Assembly: GCA_051294375.1 (NCBI GenBank)
Contig: CM119263.1
Location: forward strand, 16,831,777 to 16,895,776
DNA length: 64,000 bases
Source of the DNA: Paraspadella gotoi
Taxonomy: Eukaryota; Animalia; Chaetognatha
Direction: 5' to 3'
Positions 25,274-40,189 of the stretch are shown here, one piece after another (within the stretch, counting starts at the first letter, position 1; the number at the start of each line of letters is the position of its first letter). The notes beneath the pieces were generated by a model. It was not told where the DNA came from, did not search any database, and saw only the letters and a list, made by a program, of their open reading frames with translations. Made by a program: the position numbers and the translations under genes.

Positions 25274-25393
<120 letters not shown>

Positions 25394-26617
25394 TCTCACA
25401 CTCTCACACCTACGCTCTATTTGTATGAATATATTTACGCCTATTCTTGATACCCACTAACAAAAATACTCGAAAGAAATAGTTGTCGGAGGATATATTT
25501 TTTTTTTGGCCCAAACTTAAATGTAGTTCACCGGGTCCGGCGACACCGTAACGAAGGTTTCTTTTTCTTTCTCTCCTTGACTCTCTTTTCTTGCTCTCTA
25601 TTCCCCTCTAGAATAGAGAGCAACTCCCTTCCACCTTTCCGCTCTGCTCCTCCGTACCATTTGCTCGTCCCAACTGATTTTCGATCCGGTAAACGAGCTC
25701 GCAACTCTGGTCAGGCGAGAATTTCGTTTTTCACGTGGACGAATTCTGCGTGCTACGGGATGTCGCGCAGCTGAAACTCGTCTCGTTCGCGCATGCGCGA
25801 ACATCTCTCCGATTCGTCATCTGTATTGGATCTGGATTGGATCTGGATTGGTGTCAGGACGGTATATTGTACAATGTACATTTGCGTTTTGTAGTTGTAG
25901 CCGATTGGACGGTGCAATGCTACTGATAAATTTATGGCAATCTTTGTGACAAGGAAGGCGCCGAAGAAAAAGAAAATGATATCGCTTGAGATGGCGAATT
26001 CGACGGCGATTGCGGTCACAAAGCCATTTCTTCGCGCGGCATTCCGGTTTGGAGCATTAATGATGCTCTTCCCCGCTTTATGGGCGGGACATTTCCGGGA
26101 CGGCCGGTCGGCTAACACATACTCTCTCCCCTTTCTCGTTGCGCCATCTCAGGTTATCGTTGCTGACTTGTTTTTTTTTTTTCTGTCAATCTCTCAGCTC
26201 GGAACGGGAGGGGACGCGCTCGTTACCGTTTTCGTCGCCAAACAATCTTTTCACATCATATTATGTTCGACTGTAATCGATTTAATTTTTTTCCGCCGTT
26301 ACCGCCTTCGCCCCCCAATGGTCTTAAAAGTCGTATATTTTATTACATTGCGACGGTCATTTCCGGTTACGATCGACGCTTAAACATTTATCGCTGTTTA
26401 TCATTGAGAATCGATCGAGTTTCCCGCGGACGTCGTAACTCTCGCTGCCGAGAGACCAAATCGTATGGCATCGCGGGCAATGACTGTTTTTGAATACCGA
26501 CGGCGGTAGGCGCTCGGGCGACGGAAAAATGGGCGACATTTTATGGCTTGTTCGAGGATTCATGTGACTAATTTTGCGGGAAGAGGCAGCTCTTGAGCTT
26601 TTTAAAAATTATGGTGA

Positions 26618-26799
26618 ACTAAAATCCACCAACCGTTCATCAGCAGCCATTGGTGCAGGAGGCAAGTCATTCGCCTCCCAACCCAAGGGTCCCGGTTCTA
26701 GCCGGGTGGTCGCCTAGCGCTTAACCGCCCTGTAACACGGTGTTACAGCCTGATCCGGTGCTCAGGGACTGCTTATACGGTTCAGTTACTAACACATAA
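26618..26799 (-). repeat. Dispersed repeat family B (structured-RNA-like), copy 2
   Basis: Reverse-complement homologue of 3026-3219. Confidence 0.85.
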
Positions 26800-27474
26800 T
26801 AATAATTACTGTCTCTTCAAAATAAAGATTTTAGGAAAAACCTAAAAATGTAGGTGATTGGAGGTCATCGCTTGTTTACGTTGTTTTCTCGTTTGTTTGC
26901 TTTTTTCGGGATTATTATCTTCTTTACTGCACAAAGCGTAAATATGTTTTCTTTGGGGAAAAAAAAAAACAAAAAACAAAACAGAAAGAACAGAAAAAGC
27001 TGCCGTCGTCAATCAATGTCATTTTTAGTCGCCCTCGTCGACTTTGTTCACCTACCTAGTCGTCGTCGTCGTCGTCGTCGGCGTCGTCGTCGTCGCCATG
27101 GTCGTTTACTTTGGACGCCTCGGAAGGCGCAAAGTCCAGGGATTTCGCACCACGTCGAAGATTGAATTCCACTGACAGATGACGGTCGACAGTCAACTGC
27201 CACTGACATGTCATCGTCGCCTTTAACAGTCACCAATTGATCGTGTTCGGTTTCTGGGCTCGAAGATAATCAAGAGCAACGTTAATTATTTTATTTTCGG
27301 ATTATAATGAAAAACAAAATTGAATGGTTCACGCGCAATTCTCTACGAAGCTTCCTCTAATGCCGAGTTTAATTCAGTTTTTAATCTGGAAAAATACTTA
27401 TGATATCTATGTCGGAAATAACCTCTCGTTTGATGGCCGTTTGAAAAAAAAGAAGAGTTATGGAAGATCGTTAT

Positions 27475-27568
<94 letters not shown>

Positions 27569-27857
27569 CTCTCTTCCCACTTCTCGTGAACCAGTGGCGT
27601 TATCTCATGAAACTGACATTAAACTGGATGGAAATCTTCTCTCTTCTCGTCGCAAACACCGATATTTCCTCTCCCTCTCTCTCTATCGCTCTTTCTCACT
27701 CTTTTTCTTTCGCTCCTCCTCTCTCTTTTCTCTCTCTTTCATTCCCATTCGATGACAGTCCCAACACCATGAAATATGGGTTCCATGGGGCTGAAAGCTC
27801 GCTCTTGGTTCGGAATACAGATTGTAGAAATGATTCTCTAAAATTAATCGATTGGGT

Positions 27858-27943
<86 letters not shown>

Positions 27944-30717
27944 ACTCTCCTATTATTCTATGGGTGGACAGATCCGAAATTTAAGACCGCATCGGCCGTC
28001 ATCAGTCCAAGATTCCGACTTGAGTTCAGTCGACGCCCTCATCCTTTCCTTACCTTGATTTTTCCTTTCTGTTTCTTTTCTCTCATTTTTCCTTATTTTT
28101 TCCCCTTTTTTTAATTCTTCCTTATCGACTCAGCGACTTTTCCAACTCGCACGATAATTTTTTTTTCTCCCAGTCAACTCTTTCATTAAACTTTTGTGCT
28201 GTATTATTTTACTTCAATTCTTTTTTATTCTTTCGTTGTTTAATCGATTTTCTTGGTTGCCACATGAGTTACTTAAGTTTATGTACGAATTTATTCAAAT
28301 AGGACGTTTCTCCAAAATGCGTTCAGGACGTTTATACACGAATATTTTATTAAAAAAATTCCATTGGGCTTTGTTTTTTTTACTTCCACCGAAAAATAAT
28401 TCTTCTTGGCAATATCATAGCAAAAACAAAATACTGCCGCATGGCAGTATGGCAGAGAGATATAGAGTTCTCTCACTATCTCAAAAGCAAAATATGCATC
28501 ATATACGTAGCAACTAATTTTAAAACTAACCTCTTATTCCCCTATGGTAGACCCCAATATATTCAATAAAAAGCGAAGGCGTGTCTCGCCGCGTCGTATT
28601 TAGACAGAGACCTCCTCTCAATTTCCAGGTTTCGCGTTGCGTCCGTCGGGACTTCGCCGAGCGACGATCGCTGGTTCCGTTTCGTCGAAATTAAAAACGC
28701 GATTGCGATGAAAACTGATGAGAGACGGGGAGAGGGAATCGAGGAGACGTGCGCTGCGACGAAATGGGCCGAGCGGTGAAAGGCTCATCGGTGAGGCTTT
28801 GTTTGGAAATTGAGACCGATGAGCGTCAAAATACATCGCCGTTTAAAAAGGGCTTTGTTCTGATACGCTCCCGTGGACCAGAAAAGTAAAAAAAAAAAAA
28901 AAGCTCTTTTCGCGCTTGTGCAATATGCAGTAACAGGGGTCCAACTTTTAATTTTAACTTTTAATTTCGACGTCGTATTCAGCCGCCCTTACGAACGGAC
29001 GTCGTCTCAATTAGTCCGAATTCGAGATCTCAAGTTTAAAAGCCGATCGGGGTCAAAATTCGAGACCGACGGGGGGAAAAAAAAATCACGCCTTCGTAAG
29101 CAAAGATTAGAAATGGATCAGCGTTCGAGGGATTTGAGGGAGAGAATTGAAACTGAGGAGAAAAGATGAGAATCGCGAAGAGAAGATAACCAATGTTCAG
29201 CGAAAATATCGTGATACCTGAAATTTCTCGGATTTAAACTTTTTCGAATCTTTGTAGTTCACCTCCAACGGTTCATCGATCGACGGTATCGTCCGTTCAT
29301 TACTTTGTAATTGTAAAATAGTTAAAACATCACTCATGGAAGCATTATTTTTTACGAAACTCTAATGTTTATACCGTAGATTACAAGTTAAAGATATTAG
29401 TTAACGTTTTATTGTAGCATTATGTAAAGTGAAGATATATTTATCCCATGGGGTGACATTCCGGCAACGATAGCGCGTTTAAAAATTAAAATAAAAAAGA
29501 GCGAAGAGGTTCCCACCGGCTTTCCCCTCTTTTTCTTTCTTTATTCCCGAAGGAGGAGCGTCGATCATCGAAACCACGCATCGATGAATTATACAGCTTT
29601 AAGATGGGAAGATAAAATATAATTTTTTTATTAGATTAATGTGTGTTAATAAGTCTTGTTGGTTGCCTTGTTGGTCCTTTCATTCTTAAAATACATATAT
29701 TTTTAATTTAATTTCTTTCTCTTCCCTTTCTGTTTCTTTTTTTTTATTTCTTATTTTCTTTCTTTGTTTCTCTGATTTTTACAACTCTGTTACCCTTTTC
29801 TCTTCGGAGGTGTCTTCATTTCTTTTATGACCATCGTTTCCCGCCTTTTATAGATTCTACCTCACGTGGCCAAGCCTCACTCCCTTCCATGCATCGCAAC
29901 TTCTCGGCCCCAAGAAAAGCTCGTGGACGAGCATCCCTTCACACCAAGCAAAGTCGTCCGTCCCACGCTGAATTGTTTTTTCTGGCAGACACCATCCGCT
30001 CATGGTGTTTCTGGCGAGCGCAATCATGAGAGGCCGCTCAGACAAATGCCAGCAACATTCGGTTTCGTTGTCGTCATCTCTGTTCGTTGGCAGCTAATGG
30101 TTTTTTCGAGTCGCTCCAACTGCGAAACGAGGTTGGGTCAGTTATAATTTTACCTAAACATTGAAAAACCACGGATCAAATTAGAAATAAAGAATAAAAC
30201 ATTGGTGATAGTGAGAGTGAACATTTTTAGATGAATAATTAAGATTGAAAAAATAAAACTAAATAATAACTAAAGAATATCCTTACTTAAATTATATTAC
30301 TATGTACTTTCTATTAAGTACTGCATATGAACTATGTATATACTATGCTTACATCGAATGTTAGCAACTTCTATTCACAAATTCAGTTTGTGACTTTTAA
30401 CCATTTTAATGGCCCTTAAAAAAAACGAATTTGTTTTTTCTCTGATTGGTGCAGCATTCGTGGTTTGTTTTCAGAATTTCTCTCGCTTCGCTTCATCAAA
30501 TCGGAATTTTCTGTTTTTGTGTTGGATTAATGGAATATTTTTTCTCGAGTCCTTCAGCTCCGCGTTCGAGTTTTAATCTTAATCTTTCCGCTCTTCGCAT
30601 TTACTGATTTTTTTTTAAATTTTATTTTTCGTTAAGTGGCGTTTCCAAGCGATTCATTTTCTGCAAAGCGCAAGGATTGGTTGCTTCCGATGGCAGAATT
30701 AAAACTGGTCAGGAGCT

Positions 30718-30783
<66 letters not shown>

Positions 30784-32286
30784 CTCCTTCTCGCTCCATT
30801 CCATCACAAAAGTCTGCCCCCACCCTCTCTCTACCGGTTAATCATCTTTCTTTCACTCCATCCCTTTTAACCCCAGAATCCAAAGTCCATTATATAATAT
30901 ATACTCTCCCGCCCACTTCTGGGCGTGGAGGGCCCTGAGTTTCACACTTTCCCCCTTCCCTACACGCTTTTCTCATCGATGAGGCATAAGCGGGGAAATA
31001 ATCACGGCTGCTTAAACATGAAACAGGATGAAAAAATTCTTGGCTGGGATCACGAATGAGCGGAGAGGAAAAACAGGGAAAAAACGAAGTCAGAGAGAGA
31101 GAGTTTCGGGAGGCGTTTTTTGTCGTTCTTGTTGTAGTTGGGCGTGGTAACCGAGAACCTTCTAAACATCTAAGTTTTTTAAACAAGATTATCGTTTTTC
31201 GTTGGTTTATGAATTTTAACACTGTTGTCATATTTTCAGTTTTGAATAGCTACGTTTAAAAGTCTTTTTTTTGGGTTTGATTAGTTTGCCCAGCATCTAA
31301 ATATATTTTTAGGGTATATTAATCTACATTTATCATTATCAACAGAAAAAGTTATAATAATAATTATTTAAAATGATAAAAAGGTTATAAAATGAAAGTA
31401 ACAGTAATTCAACCTAAAGAGATACATAGCAGTGCGAAGCTTGACTTTACGTACCGGAAAGGCGCTAAGCAGCACCTTTCAGATTTTTTTCTCAACTTAT
31501 GCAAATTCTTTGAGAAAAAAAAATCCTTTGCAAAATGTTCATCCTTGGAAAACGATTCTTTACTTCTCTTCTCCAGAACACAAGGAAATTATAAACTTGA
31601 AAAAAAAAGGAGTTTTTTATTAAAATAATAAAAAAAAATATTTTCGCTTTAACCTTGAGACGCGATCTCGCAGGTTTAAAAGTGGAACAGTTACCACACG
31701 TCTCGCTTTAACACGGATAAGGTCGACGAAAACGTTCAGCGACAAGGTCATAAAAAAATGAAGAAGAAGAAAAAAAATGAAGACTAATCCGATAAATTCA
31801 TAAAACCGTTAAGACGAGATTGACTTCGCGAGAGACGAGGTTATTCGAGAAAGAAAAAAAAAATTGAACTCTTGATTTTATGATAACTCTTAAAACGAAC
31901 TGCTTCAACTGCGCATAAACGCCATCCTTTATGGCGAGAATCAATTAGGGGGAGCTGCGAGAGTGAAAACTTCGAATAGAAAAGAAAAAGGGAAAAAAGA
32001 AAGAAGACGAAACGTCTCTAACCAATCTTCTTCTTCTCCCCCCCCCCAAGAAAAAAATAGGATGAACTTGTTTGTCCCTCGGAAAAAAAAAAACCAGACG
32101 CTCAGGTCGAACAAAGAGACGCTTAATGAGAAATTCGTTAAAAAAACGGTGACGCTTGTAATTTATTGGCCGTCAGTGTCGCTTCATCGCCGTTGTCTCG
32201 AAGATCGTGAAAAGATGGGAAGTCGCATCGAGTTGGTTCGAGGTTCATTTTCGATTCTCGCGGTAAAAGCTTGCTTAATAATATAA

Positions 32287-32700
32287 GAGACTGTGAGAGA
32301 GTCTTGATTGAAAGCTTGCAGGGACCTGGTATGTCATTATCTTGTAAGAGTAAAGGAGGCCTTAAATGACCAAAGTCTAGGGGCAAGGTAGCTTATTTAA
32401 TAAATGAATGGATAAGTTTTATATTGCTAGTACCAATTGCATAATATATAATTCTTATTAATATATATATAATATAATATGAAATTGGTACAACCAATAT
32501 AAAAATTATCCATACATTTAATAAATAAGCTATCTTGCCCCTGACGTTGGACAGGCTTTGGTGGTTTAAGACCTTCACTCTTACAAGATAATGACGTCTA
32601 TATATATAGCAGGTCCCTGAAAGCTTTCAATCAAGACTCTCTCACAGTTTCGTTTATTCACTCCTAGAATACCTGGCTTCCCTAACACTGAAGTGGTATA
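32287..32700. repeat. Two family A copies in tail-to-tail inverted orientation (32287-32443 +, 32478-32700 -)
   Basis: Both match 420-634 and are separated by an AT-only spacer. Confidence 0.85.
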
Positions 32701-33987
32701 TATAATACTTATTAATATCCGCAAATACAGTCGTGAGTACATGCTATATTTTTAGACAAAATTTTCTCTTGATTATATTATTTTTCGGCTTGGTTAGTTT
32801 GTTATGTAATCTCTGTATTTTCTGTCGCAAATTATTTGTTTATATCTTCCTCTTTCGATCAACTTCAATCTTTGAAGGATTCTGCGTTTTTTTTCATTCG
32901 AGTGTAATCTATAATATTTTATTTCACGAAAATTACAAATTAACAAATAACAAAACAAAAAATAAAACGCAACCAATAAACAAGAAAAAAAACAATCAAC
33001 CACTCGACTAACACGAGCATCCATTAGCACGCACGGAATCCAACGAACACGACCAATACAAGCGCTCATTAGCAAGCACCCCCGCGCAAACTAAAGCACA
33101 GCTCGTCGGCCCTTCGACTAAAATGGAAACTAATGAGCTTTTCTTTTTTTTTAACTTACAATTATTTTTTTTTTCTTCTCATGCTTTCTTTCTTAGTTGA
33201 TTATAAGAATTCCATCAGAACCTTCGCTGCGACAATATTAGTCGATCAATAATCCATTATCGGTTTTTCTATCCTGCTTTTTTGTTTTTCTTCTCCCCTT
33301 TCCTTACTTTCTTTCAAAATTTCACTACGAGTTTATCAATATATCGTTTTTTTTTTCATTTCATATTATTTACTCTTTGACTTTTTTTAACTTCTTTTGT
33401 TTCACTTCTCACTCTTTTCTTATCGCTTTTATTTTCCTTTTTCCCTCCCTCTCTCCTTTTCTCCTTTTCCTTCTTACCAATATATTTTCTGTTGTAAGAT
33501 TGAGTCGAATTCTATTTATGATGCGGAGGGTCTCGCTGGCTGCTCTTCCCGCTTCGTTGCTCCCTTAAGGGTAATTTGCATATTTCTGGCCAGAGTCTCA
33601 CCTCACGTTTCCCTTTCACAAAGGTTGGAGAAACCCTGTTGCAACCGTTGGTTACGCTCGCTGCGTCCGCTGCAACTCGGTTATCTGAGACGAGAATCTT
33701 TTTACTTCGGCCTCAGCTGCATCCGTCTCGTGATCAAAATTAGACATTAAATTTGTTCTATTTTAATCCTTTTTAAACTATGCAAATTCTTACGCTATAT
33801 GCATTTTACTATCTTGCCATATATATATATATATATATATATAAATTTTTCAACGACGACCTTTGCTGAGCGATGCGAACATGTGCAAATGTGGTTAAGC
33901 CGTTTCTCTGTAGCATCTAATTTAAATAAATGATTTACTTTATTTTTGAATTTTTGGATTTTTTTTTTACTACCCTTATCCTTATAC

Positions 33988-35543
33988 GGCAGTGATTTCT
34001 ATCGAGGAATTCACGCAAAAAAACCACTTTTTGAAATATTGCTAGAATATTATCTACAAAATTGATTAAATTTCAACCCTAAGACAAAGTGGGCTGGACT
34101 ACGGATTAATTAAAATCATCTGCTGCATTTTCTAATCAAGAATTGATATAAATTTTTGCTACTTTTGATGAAAAAAAATTATGTCCATTTTTGTCCATTT
34201 TGACTTTTGTTTTAAGATTTGAACGTCAAGATCATTGAAGAAAATTTTTTTACTCCAGATTTTGGGTACTTCTTATCTTCTTTACCACTGAGTTGGTTCA
34301 TTTGCCGTTGGTCATTCATTTGTTTACCTATGAATTAATTTTTAAATTGACTAGTCAAAAATTTACATTTTTACATTTTATTACAATTTGTTAAACGAAA
34401 TTACTTCAAAATGTCCACAAATCTAATCAAATTCCCTTTCAACGGTGCTTCTGGTACCTAAAAAATTAGGGCAAAAAATTTAATAGTTTTGCAGCAATTA
34501 AATTTTTTAAATCAACTTTTAATTGTGAGGATTTGTGAGGTGCGTTTTATTTTGAACTAAAACTCGGTTTTTGACTTATTTTATAGTTTTAATAGATGAG
34601 AAATATACTAAGGTTGACGAATTAAAAAAAAACCGCCATTCTTTTAATGTAATGGAAAGCGTCAGTAATTGTTTTCCTCTCAATCGACAGGTTTTTTGCG
34701 GAAAAAATTTCCACAAAAATCTGTCGATTTTTTAAATCTGCTTGGCAACCAAAACTTTGAATAAAATCATACGCTACCCAATATTTTTTTTCCTACAATA
34801 CATTTTAAAGATTTATTCATATACATCCAGTGTGATATAAATGTAAAAAATGAGTGAGAATGAGAAAAAGATAAGAGAAGAGAGAGCATAGGTGAAAAAA
34901 AAGTTGCAGGGAGAGAGAAAAAGAGTGGAAAGAAATTAATATATGGGGAGAAGGGGGAGAAACGAAACAATTAAGAGAAAAGAAAAGATAAAGAAAGAGG
35001 GATGAAAGAGAATCAGAGAGGGAGAGAAAAGTAGAGATAGAGAGGAAGAGAATCAATGTAAAGGAAGAAAGAAAGCGGGATGACACAGAGAAATATGAGG
35101 ACAGAAAAGTCGGAGAAAGGGGGAGAGAAAGTCAGAGAGAAAGAGAGAAAAAGAGGGGACAGAGAGAAGTTCAAGAGAGAAAAAAATAGTGGAAAAAATG
35201 GGAAAAAAATTTTAAAAATAAGCATGCCGTTTTTTTGCCTAAGCTGTAGTATATCTAAAAAACGCAATAGATCTGACGAGCAATTTAATCTTTAAAAGTT
35301 GCCCTTACCATGAAAAATCGTTTTAGTTTCATCTTAAGGTAAAAGAAATTATGTCTTACCGTATTTTGAAAGCATAGAAATTCACCCAGTTGAGTTCGAT
35401 GTTATAAAGAGAAAATAACTATAGCCAACCGTTTTTTTAAATAAAGCGTGTTTTATATAATCAGTGGAAACAAAGGAAATAATAGTTTATATAAGTTTCA
35501 AATTTTGATTGTGTAAAAATTACCCCGAATAGAAATCACTGCC
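33988..35543. mobile_element. Non-autonomous TIR DNA transposon (~1.56 kb)
   Basis: Left end GGCAGTGATTTCTAT, right end ATAGAAATCACTGCC (perfect 15-bp TIR, extending imperfectly inward). Flanked by ATAC at 33984-33987 and 35544-35547. No transposase ORF inside. Confidence 0.75.
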
Positions 35544-36799
35544 ATACACGATATTTCTTCGAACATTCTATATGTCAGTTAGATACTATTTAATAGTTAT
35601 CTAAACGAAACCTTTTACTTTCTAGCTGTTAAAATTATCTAATCGTTTTTTACTAAACACCCACCGACTCTTTTTTTGTCTTCATTTGCCTTTGTCCTCT
35701 TCTGTCTTCCTTTTTCCGTTCTCCCTGCCTCTTTATTTCTCACCCCTCTTACCACCCATCTCTTTTACCTCGTCTCTACCCCCTCATCTTCGGGCAAGAG
35801 CGAATTTTCCCCTCTTCTTTGCCAAAAAAAAAAAATCAAACCGAAAACTTTTTCCACTTTCCCCCCCTATTTTTCGAGATCATGGTGTTTTTTCTTCTTC
35901 ACTTCAGAAATTTAGTCTTTTCTCCTAGACTTCAAGAAAAAAAAAGCAGACGAAAGAGATTTAATCTAAACTTCGACTGGATTTTTTTTCCCGCGTCTCT
36001 GATAAAAAAAAAATTGCTGCTTATTTTAAAATAAAAACAAAACGTTGGAAACAAAAAAAGATTCAACAATGCGTTTTCATCGGAAGTTTTTGATAATCGA
36101 TTTTTTATAAGCTATACCCTCATACAAATTGCGCGAAAAATTGTTTTTCTTAATTACGGACGTAATTTCTTTTGTTCCCTAATTTTAACGTTGGCGTCGT
36201 AAATGTGAATTGTAACGGTTTGCGTTTATTATACGTTTAGTTGTTACGCGAACGGCGTTCATCGGTTATGTTGTAGCCTTAATCGCTTTTTTTATTGCAG
36301 TTCGCCTTCCTTTTTTTCCCTTTCTTTTTCTTTCTTTGCCCATTTTTTTGTCTATAAACTTAACGCTGAGTATTAACCATTTTTTAGTTTTTAGTGTTTT
36401 TTTTTTGTAATTTGCATTAACAAAGTTTGATTTTATTTTTATTGCATTATAAAGTATCAAATGCAAAGAGCAATGTAACGAAATCTTTTTGGTATCATCC
36501 ATTTTGCGGAAAGAGTCGTCCACATAAAAAGAAATTCTGAATTCGATGACGACGAGAAAAAAAAAAGACCAGCTTCTATTTCCATCGTCTTCTCGAAAGA
36601 AAATACTGTGTATAGGAATCTCACTAAGCCTTACGGACAGAGGGATCGACGGATCGAAAGACCTTCACACAAACCGACCGACCAACCCGAACAAAAAATG
36701 GGTTGAAAGGAATTTTTTTCCCTCTCTCTTTATAACGTTTCACTACCCAGAGATAAATTGGTTCATTTATCAACTCTCTGAAGAGACACTCTCTACTCA

Positions 36800-36917
<118 letters not shown>

Positions 36918-37313
36918 TTCTCTCTCTCTCTCGTCCTGTCAATCGCGAGAATTGATGAGGGAGGACCTTTTCTCTACTTCCTCTCACGGTTTTCGCTGGT
37001 AAATTTGGGAGGAAGAGAATCCGAGCGGAATTTTGATTTTCCTTTCTCGAGGAAAAAATGAAGTTCGATTCTTGAGTTTCCTTCCCTTCGCTCGTTTTCC
37101 CGCTTATTTTTGGCGGTTTTAAGACGATACATATCATATGTCCAAGAACAAATATAATAGGATTAATAGGCTTTATGAAAAAAAAATCGAAGGAGTTTAA
37201 AAATTATAAACAGTTAAAATTAAGATGAACTAGAATGACTGTAAAAAATGAAACAGTTCTTGAAAATTTTATACTACTTCATTGACAAGAAAGCGAGGAA
37301 TGAATGAACAAAA

Positions 37314-37483
37314 CTTGATTGAAAGCTTTCAGGGTCCTGCTACTATTAAGTAATTAACTTTCAATAGGGATTGAAGCCGAAATCTACCTTAGCCAGTACA
37401 TTTTTTAATATCAGGGGCAAAATAACATATTCTTTGAATGAATGGATAATTTTTATATTGGTTGTTATTTTTTAAATTTCATA
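37314..37483 (+). repeat. Diverged, interrupted family A copy
   Basis: cttgattgaaagctttcagggtcctgcta...caggggcaaaata...gaatggataatttttatattggttg...aatttcata. Confidence 0.7.
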
Positions 37484-38327
37484 ACCGTCAAGAACAGTCG
37501 AGATATGCTAGTTTTATAATAAACATATCTCAATCAAATGTCAACAAAAAGAGCAAAACAAACCAACTCTTTCCAAACACCCTGTACGTCTTAAAACCTC
37601 GTCCTATTTCTAAATTCAGGACGGAAGCTTTTCCTCGGGAACGAAAAATCTTGCGTTTCGTGGCGGAGAAATGATCGTTTCGTTTTTTGCACTTGAGCTC
37701 ATGGAACGAATCTTGATCTTCCTCATCATCTTTTTCCCTGCAGCCGAAACCCAAGAGCGTCCGAACTGTGTTACGTATGTTTTGGGTCGCGTGAGATCGC
37801 TCTATCGTTTGATGTCTTTTTTTAACTCAGTTCTTTACAAAGAATTAAATTTATTTATTTTTTTTGTATTTATTTTTCATGACTTACTTGATTCAAACGT
37901 GCATAATTAAAAAAAAAAAAAACAATATTATATTTGTAATAATACATAACAAATAAAGCACCGAAATTATTTTTTTTATAACTCTGGGAGTTAATACCAG
38001 TTTCCCCAATCGAAAATCTTTAACTATACGGACCAACGTCCAAGTTACAAATAAATCTTTGGTTGACTATTCAGTGACAAGCGAGTCAAATAAATTAAGG
38101 AAGCTCCCCGCCGGAAGTAAGCATCGAATCGAACTATCCTTTGGCTTTGCTCTCCGCCATTTTCCAATTTCCAACTCGCGCCCGTTAAGCTTTTTTTTCT
38201 CCGGGAATCGGAATGCAGTTTTTTTTTTCGGGCAGCGACAGATCCCTCGTTAAATTCCTCGTTAAGACCCCGAATTTCCTCACTCCGTCAATCTTCTCGT
38301 GATCTCGGAAACCTTTTTCTTTTATTC

Positions 38328-38426
<99 letters not shown>

Positions 38427-39704
38427 AACCCTTTCTAATTTTTCTTCCTCAAACCTTAGAGACCCCGCGATTACTGCTCCAAACACAACAACGACCACAA
38501 CGTGCATAAAACAGCATCAAAACGATCAGTAGAGCGTTCCCCCCCCCCACTTCACCCCCAATTTTCCCGCTCACAATCAGCGAGACTGGCCCTTGACAAT
38601 TTTTTTCCTCCCACGATTTCCATTAAGCTTTGTGACCAAACCCATATTTTCAAGTCTTCCTGCCTTTTCTAATAATGCTATCGTTCGCCTTCTCGCCCAC
38701 CCAATTTGCAATTTGCTTTATCGTATGAAAGTGTTAGATTCAAAATTGTACAATTTATCCCGAGAATATCGTGTCCTTAGTTTCTTTTAACTTGCAAATT
38801 AAAATTCTGTCTCAAACTGTCGACGCTTTACGTGGAAATAGTAACGCCATTTTTATCAGCAAGAGACTGCAACGTCCGATGCCCATTTCGATTCCCATTC
38901 ATATTTGTTATTTTTATTTTGCAGGGAAAACAGTTGGCACGCCCCTTTATTTGAACAGAAGGCCGCGGGACGAAAGACCGGAAAGAAAGGAAAAACGAAA
39001 AATACCAAACAACAAACTTAAACAAAACAAATGTAAACAAAGCGAATTTAAACCATAAAAAAATATCGATTCAAGTAACGAAGAAACTATAATGAAATTT
39101 ATGAATGTGCAAACTAAATCTAAAAAAAAAGTGTATTATTCAAAATGGTATTAAATTGAAACGCCACTGTTGGGACTAGAAACCCCGTTTTCCGGACATT
39201 TATCAACTTGTGTGGATAAATTACACAAACACCTGTTTTTGATACAATCACAATTACACGTTTTCAAGCCAGTTTTTAAAAATGAACATTCGATGAACAA
39301 AAAAAACGGAAACTCACTCAAAAAAAACAACAAAAAAACCCCGAAACAAACAAATAAGAAACAAAACAAACAAAAACCCCAATGAAACAATCAATGAATG
39401 TACAATCAGTGAACAAAAATCCAAATCGTCGAAATGACATATCTACTAACGAATTGACGAACGGAAATAATACAAGAATTACAGAAATGAAATGAGAAAC
39501 ACCGCGCGACACATTCACTGAACGAATAACCAAGTTTCCCTACCCTCCCCATTAGAATAAAACAATTTCCCGAATAGTTCGAGATGAACCAAGATCGAAT
39601 CTCCGAAAGGAAGAAAGACGCATCGACGACGTTCGCCAGGATTGAAATCGAAGAAATGATTTTCTCTCCGGACTGCAAACTCTGAGAAAAGACGCGGAAC
39701 TGGG

Positions 39705-39764
<60 letters not shown>

Positions 39765-40189
39765 AGGAAACGAAGCGGAAGGGAGGAAAAGGGAGGAAAG
39801 AAGGAGACGGAAGGAGAAAAAGGGCAGGAGAGAAAAGAGAAAAGGAGATAAAGAAGGAGGAATTTTGGGAATCCGGAGGAAAAGCGAGACAGAATCACGT
39901 TTCCCTCTCGACGAAGAAGAGACGACGAAATCCCTGAAACGTGAGAAGGAAAGTCTTTTCTTTTCTTTTCTTTTTCTTTCTTTCTTTTTTTTATTGGTTG
40001 GTCGAGTGGAATAAAAAAAAAAAAACAAAATACCGCCATTTTTTTTTTGCATCAAAGTCACGTGATCGTCTTTTCCTTTTACGTTTCGTCGGCGTCATTT
40101 ACGGCCTTGAACCGAATTCACCAGCAAAACCGGCGTCGTTAATTTTTCTGCATCCGGCGTCTAAAAAAAAAACAAACAAAAAACAAACG

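Noticed and set aside
26710-26780. Twister-ribozyme resemblance (UAA-CCGC-P3-P4 with UCCGGUGC loop) on the plus strand
   Set aside because: The required downstream P2'/GAGGG segment is missing, and this strand gives A-C mismatches in the other copy.
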